Below the pieces are notes generated by a model, which saw only the letters and a list, made by a program, of their open reading frames with translations, had not been told where the DNA came from and ran no database searches. Shown here one piece after another: positions 1 through 25,318 of a DNA stretch of 64,000 nt. Positions within the stretch are counted from its first letter, which is position 1; each line of letters starts with the position of its first letter. The translations under genes were made by a program, and so were the position numbers. Source of the DNA: a bacterium (GTDB taxonomy: Bacteria; UBA8248); the NCBI GenBank assembly GCA_965213685.1, contig CBDBZY010000064.1:384001-448000 (forward strand), read 5' to 3'.

Positions 1-333
1 CATCGATTTGTTAGTAAAAGGCACTGCGCACACACGAATGAAGGTGATTGGTTGGAAAACCATAGTTAAAACTTCAGCCACTTCTGACATAGGCTGTTTG
101 ACAAAATCTCTTAAGAAGAAGAAGATGAACAATTTGACCTTTCGGCAGTTTTCTGTCAGCAAGTGTGGCGATGCATTCGTGGGGGGTATCGTTGAATAGA
201 GAAACATTGGAATAGGCTAGCTATGTACCTAGAAAGGCTTAGAATGTGAGCACTAAAGAGCTTAGAAGCTAGGCTTTCTAATGTACGCACACTATGGGTG
301 TGTCAGTGAATAAAGTCTACTGACTCTCTGATA
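1..333. mobile_element. Diverged terminal arm of the foldback family seen at 30621-32808
   Basis: Aligns by eye with 32520-32810 (AAATCTCTTAAGAAGAAGAAG ... AAAGGCTTAGAA ... GTCTACTGACTCTCTGATA). It ends 22 bp before the splice acceptor at 355. Confidence 0.7.
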
Positions 334-355
334 TTTATGTATTTATTACATGCAG

Positions 356-12597
<12,242 letters not shown>

Positions 12598-13665
12598 TGT
12601 TTAGTATATGCATATACATGAGTGATAAAATCGACTACTACTTTATTTTTGTAAAGACAACTTTTCTGTTCTGTATATATGCATTTTGGTATTCAGTGTG
12701 AGTCATGTTGATAGTGTATTGGTTCAGCAGTGTAATTATAAAATTTTTTGTCCTGTTTCCAAACTTAGGAACTGCAATCTTGACCTGGAAGAGTCACTTG
12801 TTGTAGAAACTGGTGGAGTTGCTCTTCCTTTCCCTTCCCTAAAAGGAGATTTTCTTCATGGCACATTACTATTGTTACTCCAATGCAGTAATCTCAGAAT
12901 AGTTTAGATGAGGATGTCATGCGAAGATGTAGGGATGGGGTTACTTGTGTAGTAGTCATCTGGTATTTAGGCTGCTTCTTACCTGCTCACTGTAACTAAT
13001 CAGGGAATTGAGCGCGCTTATCGAGGACCGGGTACGCGATCCGTAACAAAATTAATGCAAAACCTTATTATATATACTGGGCGAGCGGGAGCGAACCATG
13101 GCCAGCTGCAATAACTTAACGTACCTGGAATGATTGATGCACTATTGTTTTACATGCATAACAGAGCTTATTAAAAAATAATAACAATCACAAAGCACAA
13201 TGTTGGATCACTGGCTGTAATGTATATCCCCTAAGACTGGCCTCTCAGTGATTTCATATCCATGCTTATACTGTGTGCATAGCTCGCTGAGCTATAAAGT
13301 GATGTGTGATGCGTGAACGCACACCTGCATGCTTTCCAACAGCGCAATTGATGCCCGATTTGCGAACAAAATATCAGTAGAGTCCGCCGTATGAAGAAAC
13401 ATTGTTCACTTCGTATACTTTATCCGTTCACTCCGCGTACTTTATCCGTATACTTGCAGTACGTAGTACAGAGCCACTTAAAAGCCGCACACCCGTGGCC
13501 GTAGAGATTCAATCCGTGTACGCAAGGTGTACGGATTCCGTATACGCTACTCGCCCGCGTGAAAATATTGTCGCGTTTGAATTTCGTCGGTGTGCTGGAA
13601 TATATTAAATTTTCGCGTAACACACGAAGGTTTCTACAGCCGAAAATTTCCCGATCTACGGTATG

Positions 13666-14223
13666 TTGCCGAGCGCCTTAGCGCGAGGCAAATAATCGCG
13701 ACGTGTGGGCATTTGATCTCGCCTTGAGTTTCTATGTATGTATGTATGTATGTATGTATGTATGTATGTATGTATGTATGTATGTATGTATACGTACGTA
13801 CTTCCGGTGTCGCACGTGTCTGCGCGTTTGTGCACGTGTGCATGTACGTACGTAAGTATGACGTACGTACGTATACGCACATGCGTACTTGGGTTCATGT
13901 GTCTTGCACGCGTTAGGCCAGCCATGAGAGCTACACGCGCTTACATACACACATACGATGTTGCTGCACATTGTGCTACTGTTGGCACGACGCCATCGCT
14001 ACTCGGGCACGATGAGTCCGCACGTACTACTTGGGTTTTCTTGCATGCGTTGGGCTAGCCATGAGAGCTACGCGGGCTTACATACGCACAAACGATGTTG
14101 CTGCACATTGTGCTACTGTAGCAGGACGCCATCGCTACTCGTACGCGATGACACGGTCCGCACAAAACTGGCTAGCTCTGCAAACTGATTCATCCGCGCT
14201 AGGCACTCCTTGCGTACTCCTAG
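13666..14223 (+). mobile_element. Second Helentron/HINE-like element with (TATG)n and an internal ~120-bp tandem duplication
   Basis: 5' TTGCCGAGCGCCTTAGCGCGAGGC, 3' subterminal inverted CGCGCTAGGCA, end CTAG|T. (TATG)n at 13733-13790. Duplicated unit GCCATGAGAGCTAC..GACGCCATCGCTACTCG at about 13920 and 14058. Confidence 0.6.
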
Positions 14224-14383
14224 TATAATATATTATGATGTACATCGTAACATTCTGAACCATTACAAAATTTACATGACGAGAGAATTATGAGCCATAT
14301 CTTCCTACAAGTTGCCCAGAGGAAGGAATTACAGTTCATAACCTTCTCCCACTTTATGGCAGTAATGTACAAGGTGGGATATA

Positions 14384-14909
14384 CAGTAAACTCTCTCTTA
14401 ACGGACACTCCGAATAGCGGACTTCTACCAAATAACGGACGAGCCTTCATCTCCCGGCGAAATTCACTATAGACATATACATTACAAACATCCGAATAGC
14501 GGACAGGGGGAACTGCACCGACTGATCCAGCTCCGTAGAAAAGTTACCCTGAATAACGGACGGTGTGCGTGGGGCTAGCCCTAACCACACCCAACAACTG
14601 CCGCCGCCATCTACGGTGCGCAAGCTCGGCAACATTAGGGCGTTAAATAGAATCCTGACTTGCTCCGCTGACATTCATCTAGTAAATATTATTCTCTGTC
14701 CACTAAAGATTGGATGTACTCTCGTAGCCTTGCGATATATTCACGCGGCTCACATAGCCTGCATTTGCAAGGAGCTTATGTTATTGGCTCCAGTGTATCA
14801 TCATATTCAACGTTAAATGTGGATACAATAATTCCTCAATAAAGGACATACACCGAATAACGGACAGTAGGCCTTGCACCAAAGTGTCCGTTATTCGGAG
14901 AGTTCACTG
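14384..14909. mobile_element. pogo/Tigger-like MITE
   Basis: TA|CAGTAAACTCTC..AACGGACAC ... GTGTCCGTTATTCGGAGAGTTCACTG|TA, with internal repeats of CCGAATA(A/G)CGGAC. Confidence 0.75.
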
Positions 14910-15784
14910 TAATCCCGTAAATACCCGTAAATAAAACACAATGCATGCCTACAAATGTTTCCACTCCCATACCTATACACAGCTTGGAAACCTGGAACTG
15001 ATTCAGTGACATGTTTGTATATGTGGGGGCGCCCACTATAAGTAATGATATGTTGCTTGGTTAGCAACTTTGTCTATCTGTAATCTTTTCTGCAGTCTTT
15101 AGCTACACGAAAACCTATGCATTGGGAGTGATACTGTTGAAGTCTCCTTCAAAATGAGAGTGCCCCAGCAAAGTCCTCAGTCAACTGAGGCACCTATTAA
15201 CATGCAGCTAACACTCCTCCTCCTCTCACTATGGTCACTACATGCGGGGGTGCAAGCGCCACTCCGTTACGTAAACAACACTTCATTCCACAAGTGTAGA
15301 GTGCTCTTTACTTTAATTTCTTTACTTGTTTGCAGTACACTGGCCTGCATGCAGATGTATATCAGTGTTGATTTATTTGGTGACATCACCCATAATTTGG
15401 CTTACTTAGTGGGCTTTGACAAATTATGCTAGCATAATTTTGAGCAGAATAGGTACTCAATAGCATAATACTTGCTCTAGCCCTTCCGAGAAAATCAATA
15501 CATGTAGGGGTACTCTTAATTACCGTGTATGACTATAAAACTGATACAGAGGGCATGCAATGAATCAAGTAATGGTTAACTTTTTGCAATTTTTAGAAAC
15601 CATAATGGGGCAACTTTGATGCACATCATGATTATAAGAGAATACCATAATAGGTAATTAATTTTATCAAGGCGCATTGCTTAGTACATTCCCACTTGTT
15701 TGCTAGTCGCTAAGGCCGGCGGCTGTGGTGACATCACTCATAGCTTAGCTTGCTTAGTACACCTGGTTGTTGGCTCCTATCGTG

Positions 15785-18151
15785 ATGGCTCAACAGCAGT
15801 TCCGCTTCGGCACTCTCCGTCTGATGCGAGACGCCACCCTCGGCACGGGAGCGTACGGACAGGTGTGTAAGGCCACGCTCGACGAGCTGCCCTGTGCGGC
15901 CAAACTCCTCCACCCCATCCTGGTGGATCCCAACAACCCCAGGAACCGGACAAAGTTCGAGCAGGAGTGTCGCTTCCTCAGCGATATTCGGCACCCCAAC
16001 ATAGTGCAGTATCTGGGCGTAGCGCAGTATGGAGAGACGGGCCTGCCCGTTCTGCTGATGGAGTTGATGGACGACTCCCTCACTCACTTTCTGGAGCGAT
16101 CGGAGGAGCCTCTGGCCTACCACGTGCAGGTGAACATCAGCCACGACATTGCCCTTGCTGTTGCCTTCCTGCACTTGAATCGCATCGTTCATCGAGATTT
16201 ATCCAGCAACAACGTGTTGCTTATCGGTACTGGCAGCAAGGCAAAGGTGACCGATTTCGGGATGAGCAAGTTGACCGAACTGAATCCTCGCATGACTGGC
16301 CTAACCAAGTGCCCAGGTACCCCAGCCTACATGTCTCCTGAGGCTTTGCTTGACCCTCCTGTTTACACAGAGAAGCTGGACTGCTTCCAAGCAGGAGTGC
16401 TTATGATCCAAACCATCACTCGCAAGTTTCCTGACCCAGGCCCAGCAATGAACAGAGTGAGAGATGCGAGGTACCCAACAGGGTGGGCTAATATTCCAGT
16501 ACCTGAAGTGGAGCGGCGTCAAAACCACCTTATTCTTATCCCCCAGACTCACCCGATGTTGCGTATTGCTGTGGACTGCTTGAAAGACACGGACAGTGAA
16601 CGTCCCTCAGCCCAGCAGATTTGTCAATACCTGTCAGCTCTGAAAGAGGCTCCACAATATGGCCAGAGCCTTGAGGGAAGGGGAGGAGAAAGGGATGGAG
16701 AAGTCATAGAAAAGGAAGAATTGATTCAGCAGCTGAAAAAAGAGAACCAGGAGAGAGAGAGAGAGGTTAGAGAAAGGGAAAGGGAGGTTAGGGAGAGGGA
16801 GGGAGATATCAAATGTCTTCAGAACCAGCTGCAGCAAAAGGAGGGAGAGGTGAGGGATAGGGAGAGGGAGGTTAAGGAGGTGAGGAAAATGGCAAGAGAG
16901 AGAGAGAGGGAGAACATTGAAGAAATCCATCGTCTTCAAACGGTCATTCAGGAGAAAAACCAGATGATTCATCAGCTGCAGCAGACACAGCAGTCTGCCC
17001 CCTCCTACACTTGCCTGGTCAGTGGCCCAGGCCTACAGTCAGCCACTGCCAACCACCCAACACATGTCATAGTTGAGGCGAGTGAGTCCAATGGTAGGCC
17101 ATTGTCACGCAAACAGAATGTCACTGCTGAGCTAGTGCCACTGCCCACCTCACAAGCCACACCCACAAGTGGTCGATGGCCATGGTCCAAAAAGGTCAGA
17201 ATCTCAGTAGCCATGATATCTCCCTCCCGATATGAGGTGTCCTACATAGCAGTCAGACGAGGCCAACACAAGCTCCATGTTCGAGTCAATGGTAGTGAAA
17301 TCAATGGCAGTCCCTTCACCATGACCGTGTACCCTGACCCCACTCAACTAGGCTCCCCAGTGAGGGTTGTGACAGGCCTAATCAGTCCATATGGTATTGC
17401 TGTCAACAGTCGTGGTGAGATGGTGGTCACTGAATCTGATGGTCATCGAGTTTCTGTGTTTGATGTCAGAGGACAGAGGGTTCGAACATTTGGGTCACAT
17501 GGTGACAGACCAGAGCAGATGATCAGCCCTAAAGGCATGGCAGTGGATGATGTGGACAATATTTATGTGAGCAGTCATGACAAGCTGCAGAAGTTCACTA
17601 GCAGTGGTGAACTGATCAAGTGTGTCGGTCAGAGGGGCAGTAAGGAGGGGGAGTTTGATGATCCACATGGAGTCACCATACACAGCAATCAAGTGTATGT
17701 ATGTGATTCATATAACCATCACATTCAAGTGTTTGACCTGGACTTGAACTTCATTCAATCCATTGGCTCACATGGCAAGGGAAGAGGAGAATTTTATTGG
17801 CCACATGATGTTGCATTCGACACTGCTGGGAACATGTATGTAGCTGAGTATGGAAATGAGAGGGTGCAAGTGATGGACAGCAGTGGACAGTTCATAAGAG
17901 CATTTGGTCAGGAAGGAGAGGGAAAACTGACTTGGCCAACAGCTCTTCACATTGCTGACAAGTATGTGTATGTATCTGACTACAGTCAACACCGTATTGT
18001 GGTGTATCAGACCTCAGGTCACTTTGTCACCTCATTTGGGAGGTATGGTGATGGGGAGGGAGAGTTGAGTTATCCATACTGTATCACCTCTTGTGCCAAT
18101 GGGTTTATACATGTGTGTGATTGTGTAAACAAGCGAGTCCAAATATATTGA
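15785..18151 (+). CDS. Intronless protein kinase (TKL-like) + coiled coil + filamin/Ig repeat + NHL beta-propeller, 788 aa
   Basis: Kinase motifs LGTGAYG, AAK, HRDLSSNN, DFG, GTPAYMSPE. EREREVRE coiled coil. Filamin signature YEVSY..RGQHKLHVRVNGSEINGSPF. About six NHL repeats (PYGIAV..D..HRV.VF, F..PHGV..D..NHHIQVF). Confidence 0.93.
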   Translation: MAQQQFRFGTLRLMRDATLGTGAYGQVCKATLDELPCAAKLLHPILVDPNNPRNRTKFEQECRFLSDIRHPNIVQYLGVAQYGETGLPVLLMELMDDSLTHFLERSEEPLAYHVQVNISHDIALAVAFLHLNRIVHRDLSSNNVLLIGTGSKAKVTDFGMSKLTELNPRMTGLTKCPGTPAYMSPEALLDPPVYTEKLDCFQAGVLMIQTITRKFPDPGPAMNRVRDARYPTGWANIPVPEVERRQNHLILIPQTHPMLRIAVDCLKDTDSERPSAQQICQYLSALKEAPQYGQSLEGRGGERDGEVIEKEELIQQLKKENQEREREVREREREVREREGDIKCLQNQLQQKEGEVRDREREVKEVRKMARERERENIEEIHRLQTVIQEKNQMIHQLQQTQQSAPSYTCLVSGPGLQSATANHPTHVIVEASESNGRPLSRKQNVTAELVPLPTSQATPTSGRWPWSKKVRISVAMISPSRYEVSYIAVRRGQHKLHVRVNGSEINGSPFTMTVYPDPTQLGSPVRVVTGLISPYGIAVNSRGEMVVTESDGHRVSVFDVRGQRVRTFGSHGDRPEQMISPKGMAVDDVDNIYVSSHDKLQKFTSSGELIKCVGQRGSKEGEFDDPHGVTIHSNQVYVCDSYNHHIQVFDLDLNFIQSIGSHGKGRGEFYWPHDVAFDTAGNMYVAEYGNERVQVMDSSGQFIRAFGQEGEGKLTWPTALHIADKYVYVSDYSQHRIVVYQTSGHFVTSFGRYGDGEGELSYPYCITSCANGFIHVCDCVNKRVQIY

Positions 18152-18787
18152 GTGGATTATATATTTAGTGTTCATGTACATGTCATTATATTTTGGGTTC
18201 ATGTACATGTCGTAGTTTTTTAATTCCAAGTTTTGTCCTCTTATGATTGTATGGGCTTCATATGATACTAGACCAAGTGTTGTTATGTAATCAGTGGTAA
18301 TCATATCATGTACAATGTGAGTTGTGTGCATGTGTGTGCTTCAATGGTTAGAATGCAGTTTCTCTTTGTATCACCTAATTGCCACAGTCATGTGATATGG
18401 TTCAGCTGCTCATGATTGATGAAACATGAACTTTTCCTAGTACCACAATTCACCTCACGATACTCACATAAATACTCAAGCCTGCCATTGACCATGTACC
18501 CAGTGTAGGTAGAACCAGTTGGAAATCTTAGTCCACCTGGAGATGGTATGGTAATAATTACTCAGTTGACACAGGTGAGGAAGGAAAAGAATGGAAAGAT
18601 AAACTTCCATCCGGGCATCGAACCCAGCACTCAGAGACAGCACCAGGCCATTACCCAGGACAAAAGTTTATATCCCCATTCTTTCCTATGTACTGCCAGT
18701 GGTCGTTGGCGAATCTGCCAACCTCACACTGACAGACCCCCCAGTTTTACATGAACGTACACATAACAAACCGTCATCTGTCACCCG

Positions 18788-18860
18788 GTGGCCATAGCTC
18801 AGGTGGTAGAGCACTGACAGCTAAAGTCAGAGGCCCCCGGTTCAATCCCGGGTGGCTGCT
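18788..18860 (+). mobile_element. tRNA-like cloverleaf, probably the head of a tRNA-derived SINE or a pseudo-tRNA, with CTA in the anticodon position
   Basis: GTGGCCA TA GCTC AGGTGGTA GAGC A CTGAC AGCTAAA GTCAG AGGCC CCCGG TTCAATC CCGGG TGGCTGC. A and B boxes are present. It has G instead of the conserved U33 and two G-U pairs in the acceptor stem. Confidence 0.65.
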
Positions 18861-19229
18861 GGTTTTTCACAGTTCTCTAAAATATTCCCAAGCCTTTCCT
18901 CACATAACAAATTGTCAGTTATACATGGAGATGACTGGTCACTCTCCATGAGTGACTGAACTTGCCAAACTTACCTCTTCTCTGCCCCCCCAACCACAGT
19001 GGCATCCCTCAGATCCCCAGCCAAGGGACTGAGACTGGGGCTGGGTAGAGCAATATAATTTAACCTCCCACAAATCAATTTTGTACTCCTTCACTAAAGC
19101 GCAATGCTCTCTTAGTCAAAAAACAGTTTCCCAGCACCATGTTGTGTCACACACTCACACAATGCAAAGAAACACAACACAGACAGCCTCTATAAAGTGT
19201 ATAGGACTAGAGTCTGGAATGTGTGCATC

Positions 19230-20103
19230 TCATTTGAAGTTGAACTGCACTTTCACCAGATACCGCATCCTAATCTGCAGAGGGAGGAGTGAGAAGGGGC
19301 AGGGAATCAGTGAGAGGTGGGACTGCATAATAAGGAAAGGAGGAAGAGAGAGAGAGGTGGGGGGTAGTAAAATGAATAGGGGTATCCCCTACCCCTTATA
19401 TACCTGCTTCGTATCATACACCACAAACTCTGGGAGAAAAAGAAAGACATTAAAATCACATCATGAATATTCATCAGCAGACGTAATAGACTTCTGTTAT
19501 GAATATTATGTACTGTTGTAGTTGAGGGTGTAGCCAGAGGGTTGTGGACTCCTGTGTTGATACTGGTGCTGAGAGGAACTACACAGCCATCAGGACTGGG
19601 GAGGAGGGAGGAGGGGGGGGGGGGGGGGGGGGGGAGGGGGGGGGAGAAGGTAGGAGAGATGGGGCAGGGAAAGAGGAAGAAGTTAAGGGTGAAAGGAGGA
19701 AGGGGAGAAGGAAGGTGAGGTAGATGAAAAAATATGAACAGTCTGACAAAGAGGATTTCCCCTCCCTTCCCCACTTACCTCCATCCCCCCCCTCCCCCCT
19801 CCCCCCTTCCTCCCCCTCCCTCCCCCCTCCCTCCTTCCCCCTCCTCCCTTCCCCCCTCCCTCCCCCTCCCCCCTCATACAGGGTCTCCTACTGGGCAGGA
19901 TCTGGTGCCACTTTGCCCAGTCCTCTCGTACTGTGCTTCCCCCTTGGCAGCTCATCAGCCAAGTAGTCTGCAGCAAGAAGATCATTGGTCTGTCCCAGGG
20001 CAACATCACACAAGACAAGCAGCCCCTCCTTCCAAGATGGAGAGGCAAAACAGTAGTTTGCACTGTTCGAGCACATGTCGGCAAAGTAGACACCCTTGCC
20101 AAA
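19230..20103 (-). pseudogene. PARP2: PARP2-like catalytic-domain 3' fragment with introns. Exons 20103-19880, 19595-19514, 19429-19404, 19274-19230
   Basis: FGKGVYFADMCSNSANYC..LCDVALG..KHSTRGLGKVAPDP, GYTLNYN, FVVYDTKQ, IRMRYLVKVQFNFK*. In-frame TAG near 19889 and a 1-nt frameshift near 19535. No upstream PARP exons are visible. Confidence 0.88.
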
Positions 20104-20921
20104 CTGTGATAGGAGGAGGGGGGGAGGGGAGGAATGAGGGAGGAATGGAGGGAACAGGGAGAGTATCCTAAAATCTGTGTTGTTTCCTTTTCAATTGCAT
20201 GTGCTATACCTATTTTCATGTATAATTATTTCATAATATCTATGTTTTTGTGTATATTACATAGATGCTTATTGCTATTTGTTTCTGTAATATATAGACT
20301 TTCATTCCTTGTATATTCTCTATGGACAATTTAGTCACACCCACTGAATATTGCAAAGTCGAACCCTTTTTGTTGGATTCCCGAAATACAGACATCACAA
20401 TCATTCTGCCAAACACGCAGAGTCTTAAACGCATGACCATATAAACTTGCACATATCAACACTTCAGATCCTCTATATGTCGCATTACCAACATCCACCT
20501 CTTTAGGCCTACCTCCCAATACAACGTACTGTAAAATATCGTGGACACAATGGATAACAAAGCTCGCTAGGCTGTAGCTACAACTATAATAAGTTCAAAA
20601 AAGTCACTTGACTCTAGTCTCGTAAGCCACACCTCTTAAAGGGAGTCTGATTCATGAGACTAGCTCAACTTGGCAGGTACATGTTCATGTATATGCATTC
20701 ACACTACTGATCTTCACATCAAGGGTGGTCCTAGCTTTGGTGTCCAGTACACATGGCAGCCTCTCATGAACGATTGGATTAGCAGCGAAGTAAGATCTCT
20801 ACTAGCTGGCCTACGGGCTGACTTGCCGTCTACAGCACAGACGGCTGGTCTCAGGTCTCCAAGTCCCCACAGCTTGGTACGTGGACTGGCCACCTGCACC
20901 AGCTCCACAGAGCCAGCTCAC

Positions 20922-21091
20922 TCCAGCCACCCAAGTCCAGACAGTCCTTGATGGTGAGGTGGGTCATCATCTTCATGCACAGGAGCAGGTCCTCACACAG
21001 CTCCTCCTCCTCCAGGGACAGGCGGCTGTACTTGCCAACACTGGACTTGGCGTATGCCTGTATGAGACTCAGACACACCTCATCAGTAGAG
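20922..21091 (-). pseudogene. Isolated exportin-4-like exon
   Basis: LY(frameshift)EVCLSLIQAYAKSSVGK..EEEELCEDLLLCMKMMTHLTIKDCLDLG resembles XPO4 LYEACLTLLQVYSK..EEEQYQDLLLIMELLTNLLSKEFIDF as recalled. Bounded by CAG| and |GTGAGC, with a 4-nt insertion near the start. Confidence 0.6.
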
Positions 21092-21439
21092 CTGCAAAGT
21101 GTGTGAGAGAAAATTAGCTATTAATAACCCTGCCTGCTGGCATGCCTCCCTCCCTCCCTCCCTCCCTCCCTCCCCACTCTCCCACTTTCTCTCTCCCACT
21201 CCTGAAATGGAGAGGTATGTTAGAATCAGCCATCACCTCCTCCTCACCATTCTGGAGTCCACTGCCCGCAGGTGGGATACAGTGGTGAAGACGGAGTCAA
21301 AGAGTTTCCATCTGTTAGTCTCCAGAGTGGCCGTCTTCACCAGTCCAATTGATGGTGCAGTAGAGAGTTAGTTTTCAGCAAACACTTAACAAATTTCTTC
21401 CATGATTTGCAAGTCCAGGGGCTATCCATAAACTGCATG

Positions 21440-23110
21440 ACTCAGGTCAGGTAGATCGAGAAGGTCTGGCCACACTGGGGTGGAACCCTTTTTGGCATTA
21501 GACAAGACTGGCATTGAAAATCATCTCGGGCAGAGCATCATTAGCCAAAGGAATGGACAAAAGTGAGCTGTCTCTGTTGTACAATGTCATACATACAGGT
21601 TGTTCCTATAGAGAATACAGCAGATGTCCTACATCAAGTTGGTAGCCCCTGGATTGTATGAAGGATTTTGTGGTGAACACGCTCATGGATGCTAATCTCT
21701 GTGTCTTGGTAACGGACCAGAGTTCACAGCCATACAACAGGAAGACCTTGAATATACTTCTTGCTTCTGGCAGTCTTCCAGGATAAAGGTGATTTACCAA
21801 GAACTAAACACTTGATATCTGTGCATTGAATTCATAGCACCAAGATAAGGCATATGATGATACAATATGTTTGCAGATCAGTGTCTGAGGCAGCAGTGAG
21901 AGCCAGATTGTCAGCATACATTGGTGCACCACAGTAGATTGACTCTATTTTTACACCACAGCAAAGAAGCCAGTATATCAAGAAGATTGTCCACATACAC
22001 TGAGTGGAGAAGAGGGGAGAGAATAGCTCCTTGCCTCACACCTTGTTTTATAGGGAATGGTCAAGAACTCTTGTTGTTCCATCAAACTAGTGCTGGGGAG
22101 TTGCTGTACCAAAAATTAAGAAATTATATATATATATACAGTGGGATGTTCTTGTGATAGAGCTTCACCATAAGTCCGATATGCCATACTGTGTCAAAAG
22201 CCTTCTAGCATCAAGAAATGCAACACAAACTTTCTTCTTCATTTCACGCTGAGATGCAATAGCTTCCTGTAGAACAAAGGCAGTATGTAGGCAGCTGAAA
22301 CATGAGTGAAATCCACTCTGTAATGGATTGAGTGACTCATGAAGACGAGAGAGGAGAAGCTTCTCAAAAACTTTGCTAATGGCGGATAGAAGAAAAATGC
22401 CTTTGTAGTTAGAAGGATTAGAAGGATCTTTATTATGGCTTTTCAGAATTGGTATCACATAAGCATGTCGAAAGCACTTTGGAATACCGGTATCTACAAG
22501 GGAGTATAGAGTTAAATATAAAGGTGGGCAAACAGAGGCCAGTGAACCACCAAAGATGAGATGTTCATTATCTATTTCATCAGGCCCACTGCTTTCCGAC
22601 ACGGGAGGGAGCAGATGGTGTTAGTGACTTCATCCAGTGCAAACACATCAGAACATACATGTATACTATCAGAGGAACAAATTGAGTTGTACTCACAGAT
22701 AAGGTCTAGCTGGGCTGGAGTAAATGGAGTGTTATATGGAATGCTGAGAGATTCAAAGTAATTAGCCCAACCATCCAGTATAGAGTCCCCTTGAAACACT
22801 GGACAATTCACAATGAGTTTGGAGGTACTAGAGGCAGCATTAGCAGGGTTTGTGTGGTTCCTTATAGAGACGATGTGGATCAGAACAGTGCTTATTCATA
22901 AAATTCTGTGTTGAGGTCTCTTCTATGTTGACGGAGGCATGCTCTAAACTTGTTCTTTGCTTCATTAGCTATATGCCAATCGAGCAGGATGATCCATGGA
23001 ACGGGGGCGACCGGCAGCGACCCACTCCCTGTACATATACACACCCGTTGTGCTTCCTTGAGGTAACGATTCCACTTCGGGACCTTGTTTTTGGTATTAC
23101 TTTCTTGGAA
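21440..23110 (-). mobile_element. Degraded non-LTR retrotransposon RT region (RTE-X/CR1-like)
   Basis: VIPILKSHNKDPSNPSNYKGI.LLSAISKVFEK, QSGF, AFLDARKAFDTVWH, GVRQGAILSP and upstream WVAAGRPR..AKNKFR. Multiple frameshifts. Confidence 0.85.
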
Positions 23111-23377
23111 TATTCATGGTACTAGCTTTCAGACATTTCCCAAAAGAATGAAGAATATTGTACTGTGAGGTTTATTATCCATGCTACATGTATACCCGCT
23201 GAATTCAGTGCCGAATACTGGAAAGGGGACATAGAAGTTGGTTTCAGATGAGTAGATATAAATATTAATCTACTCAATAAGGGCTTTCGAATGATATGCC
23301 CATCTGGATGATTGCAGTGGGTTCATCACACTGGATGTTCATGCATAAGGAAACCTAATAAGTGAGGGTGCACGTAC

Positions 23378-23473
23378 AGTCTCGTACCCAGACCCCACCC
23401 CCACTCACAAATTTAAATGCGCACGTGCGCGATTAAATTTGTGGGTGGGGGTTGAGGTCTGGGTACGAGACTA
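23378..23473. mobile_element. Short palindromic MITE (AGTCTCGTACCCAGACC family) about 70 bp upstream of sulfotransferase copy 1
   Basis: Near-perfect hairpin flanked by the direct repeat GCACGTAC. Related mini-copies at 4029-4059, 20616-20662 and 26727-26771. Confidence 0.75.
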
Positions 23474-23544
23474 GGCACGTACGTGGGTGTGCCTGTCAGT
23501 GGAACAGACCATTCCAGCCAGTGTTCATCTCATCAAAAGTAGTC

Positions 23545-25318
<1,774 letters not shown>

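Noticed and set aside
14005-14040. CGATGAGTCC resembling a hammerhead core in the second Helentron-like element
   Set aside because: There is no closing GGAC-GAAA and no stems I or III.
18788-18860. Functional amber suppressor tRNA explaining in-frame TAG codons in nearby pseudogenes
   Set aside because: It lacks U33, and those genes also carry frameshifts or TGA stops. Ordinary decay is simpler.
21237-21345. Possible further exon upstream of the XPO4-like exon
   Set aside because: It has a donor-like end, but no frame resembles XPO4 or any protein I recognise.
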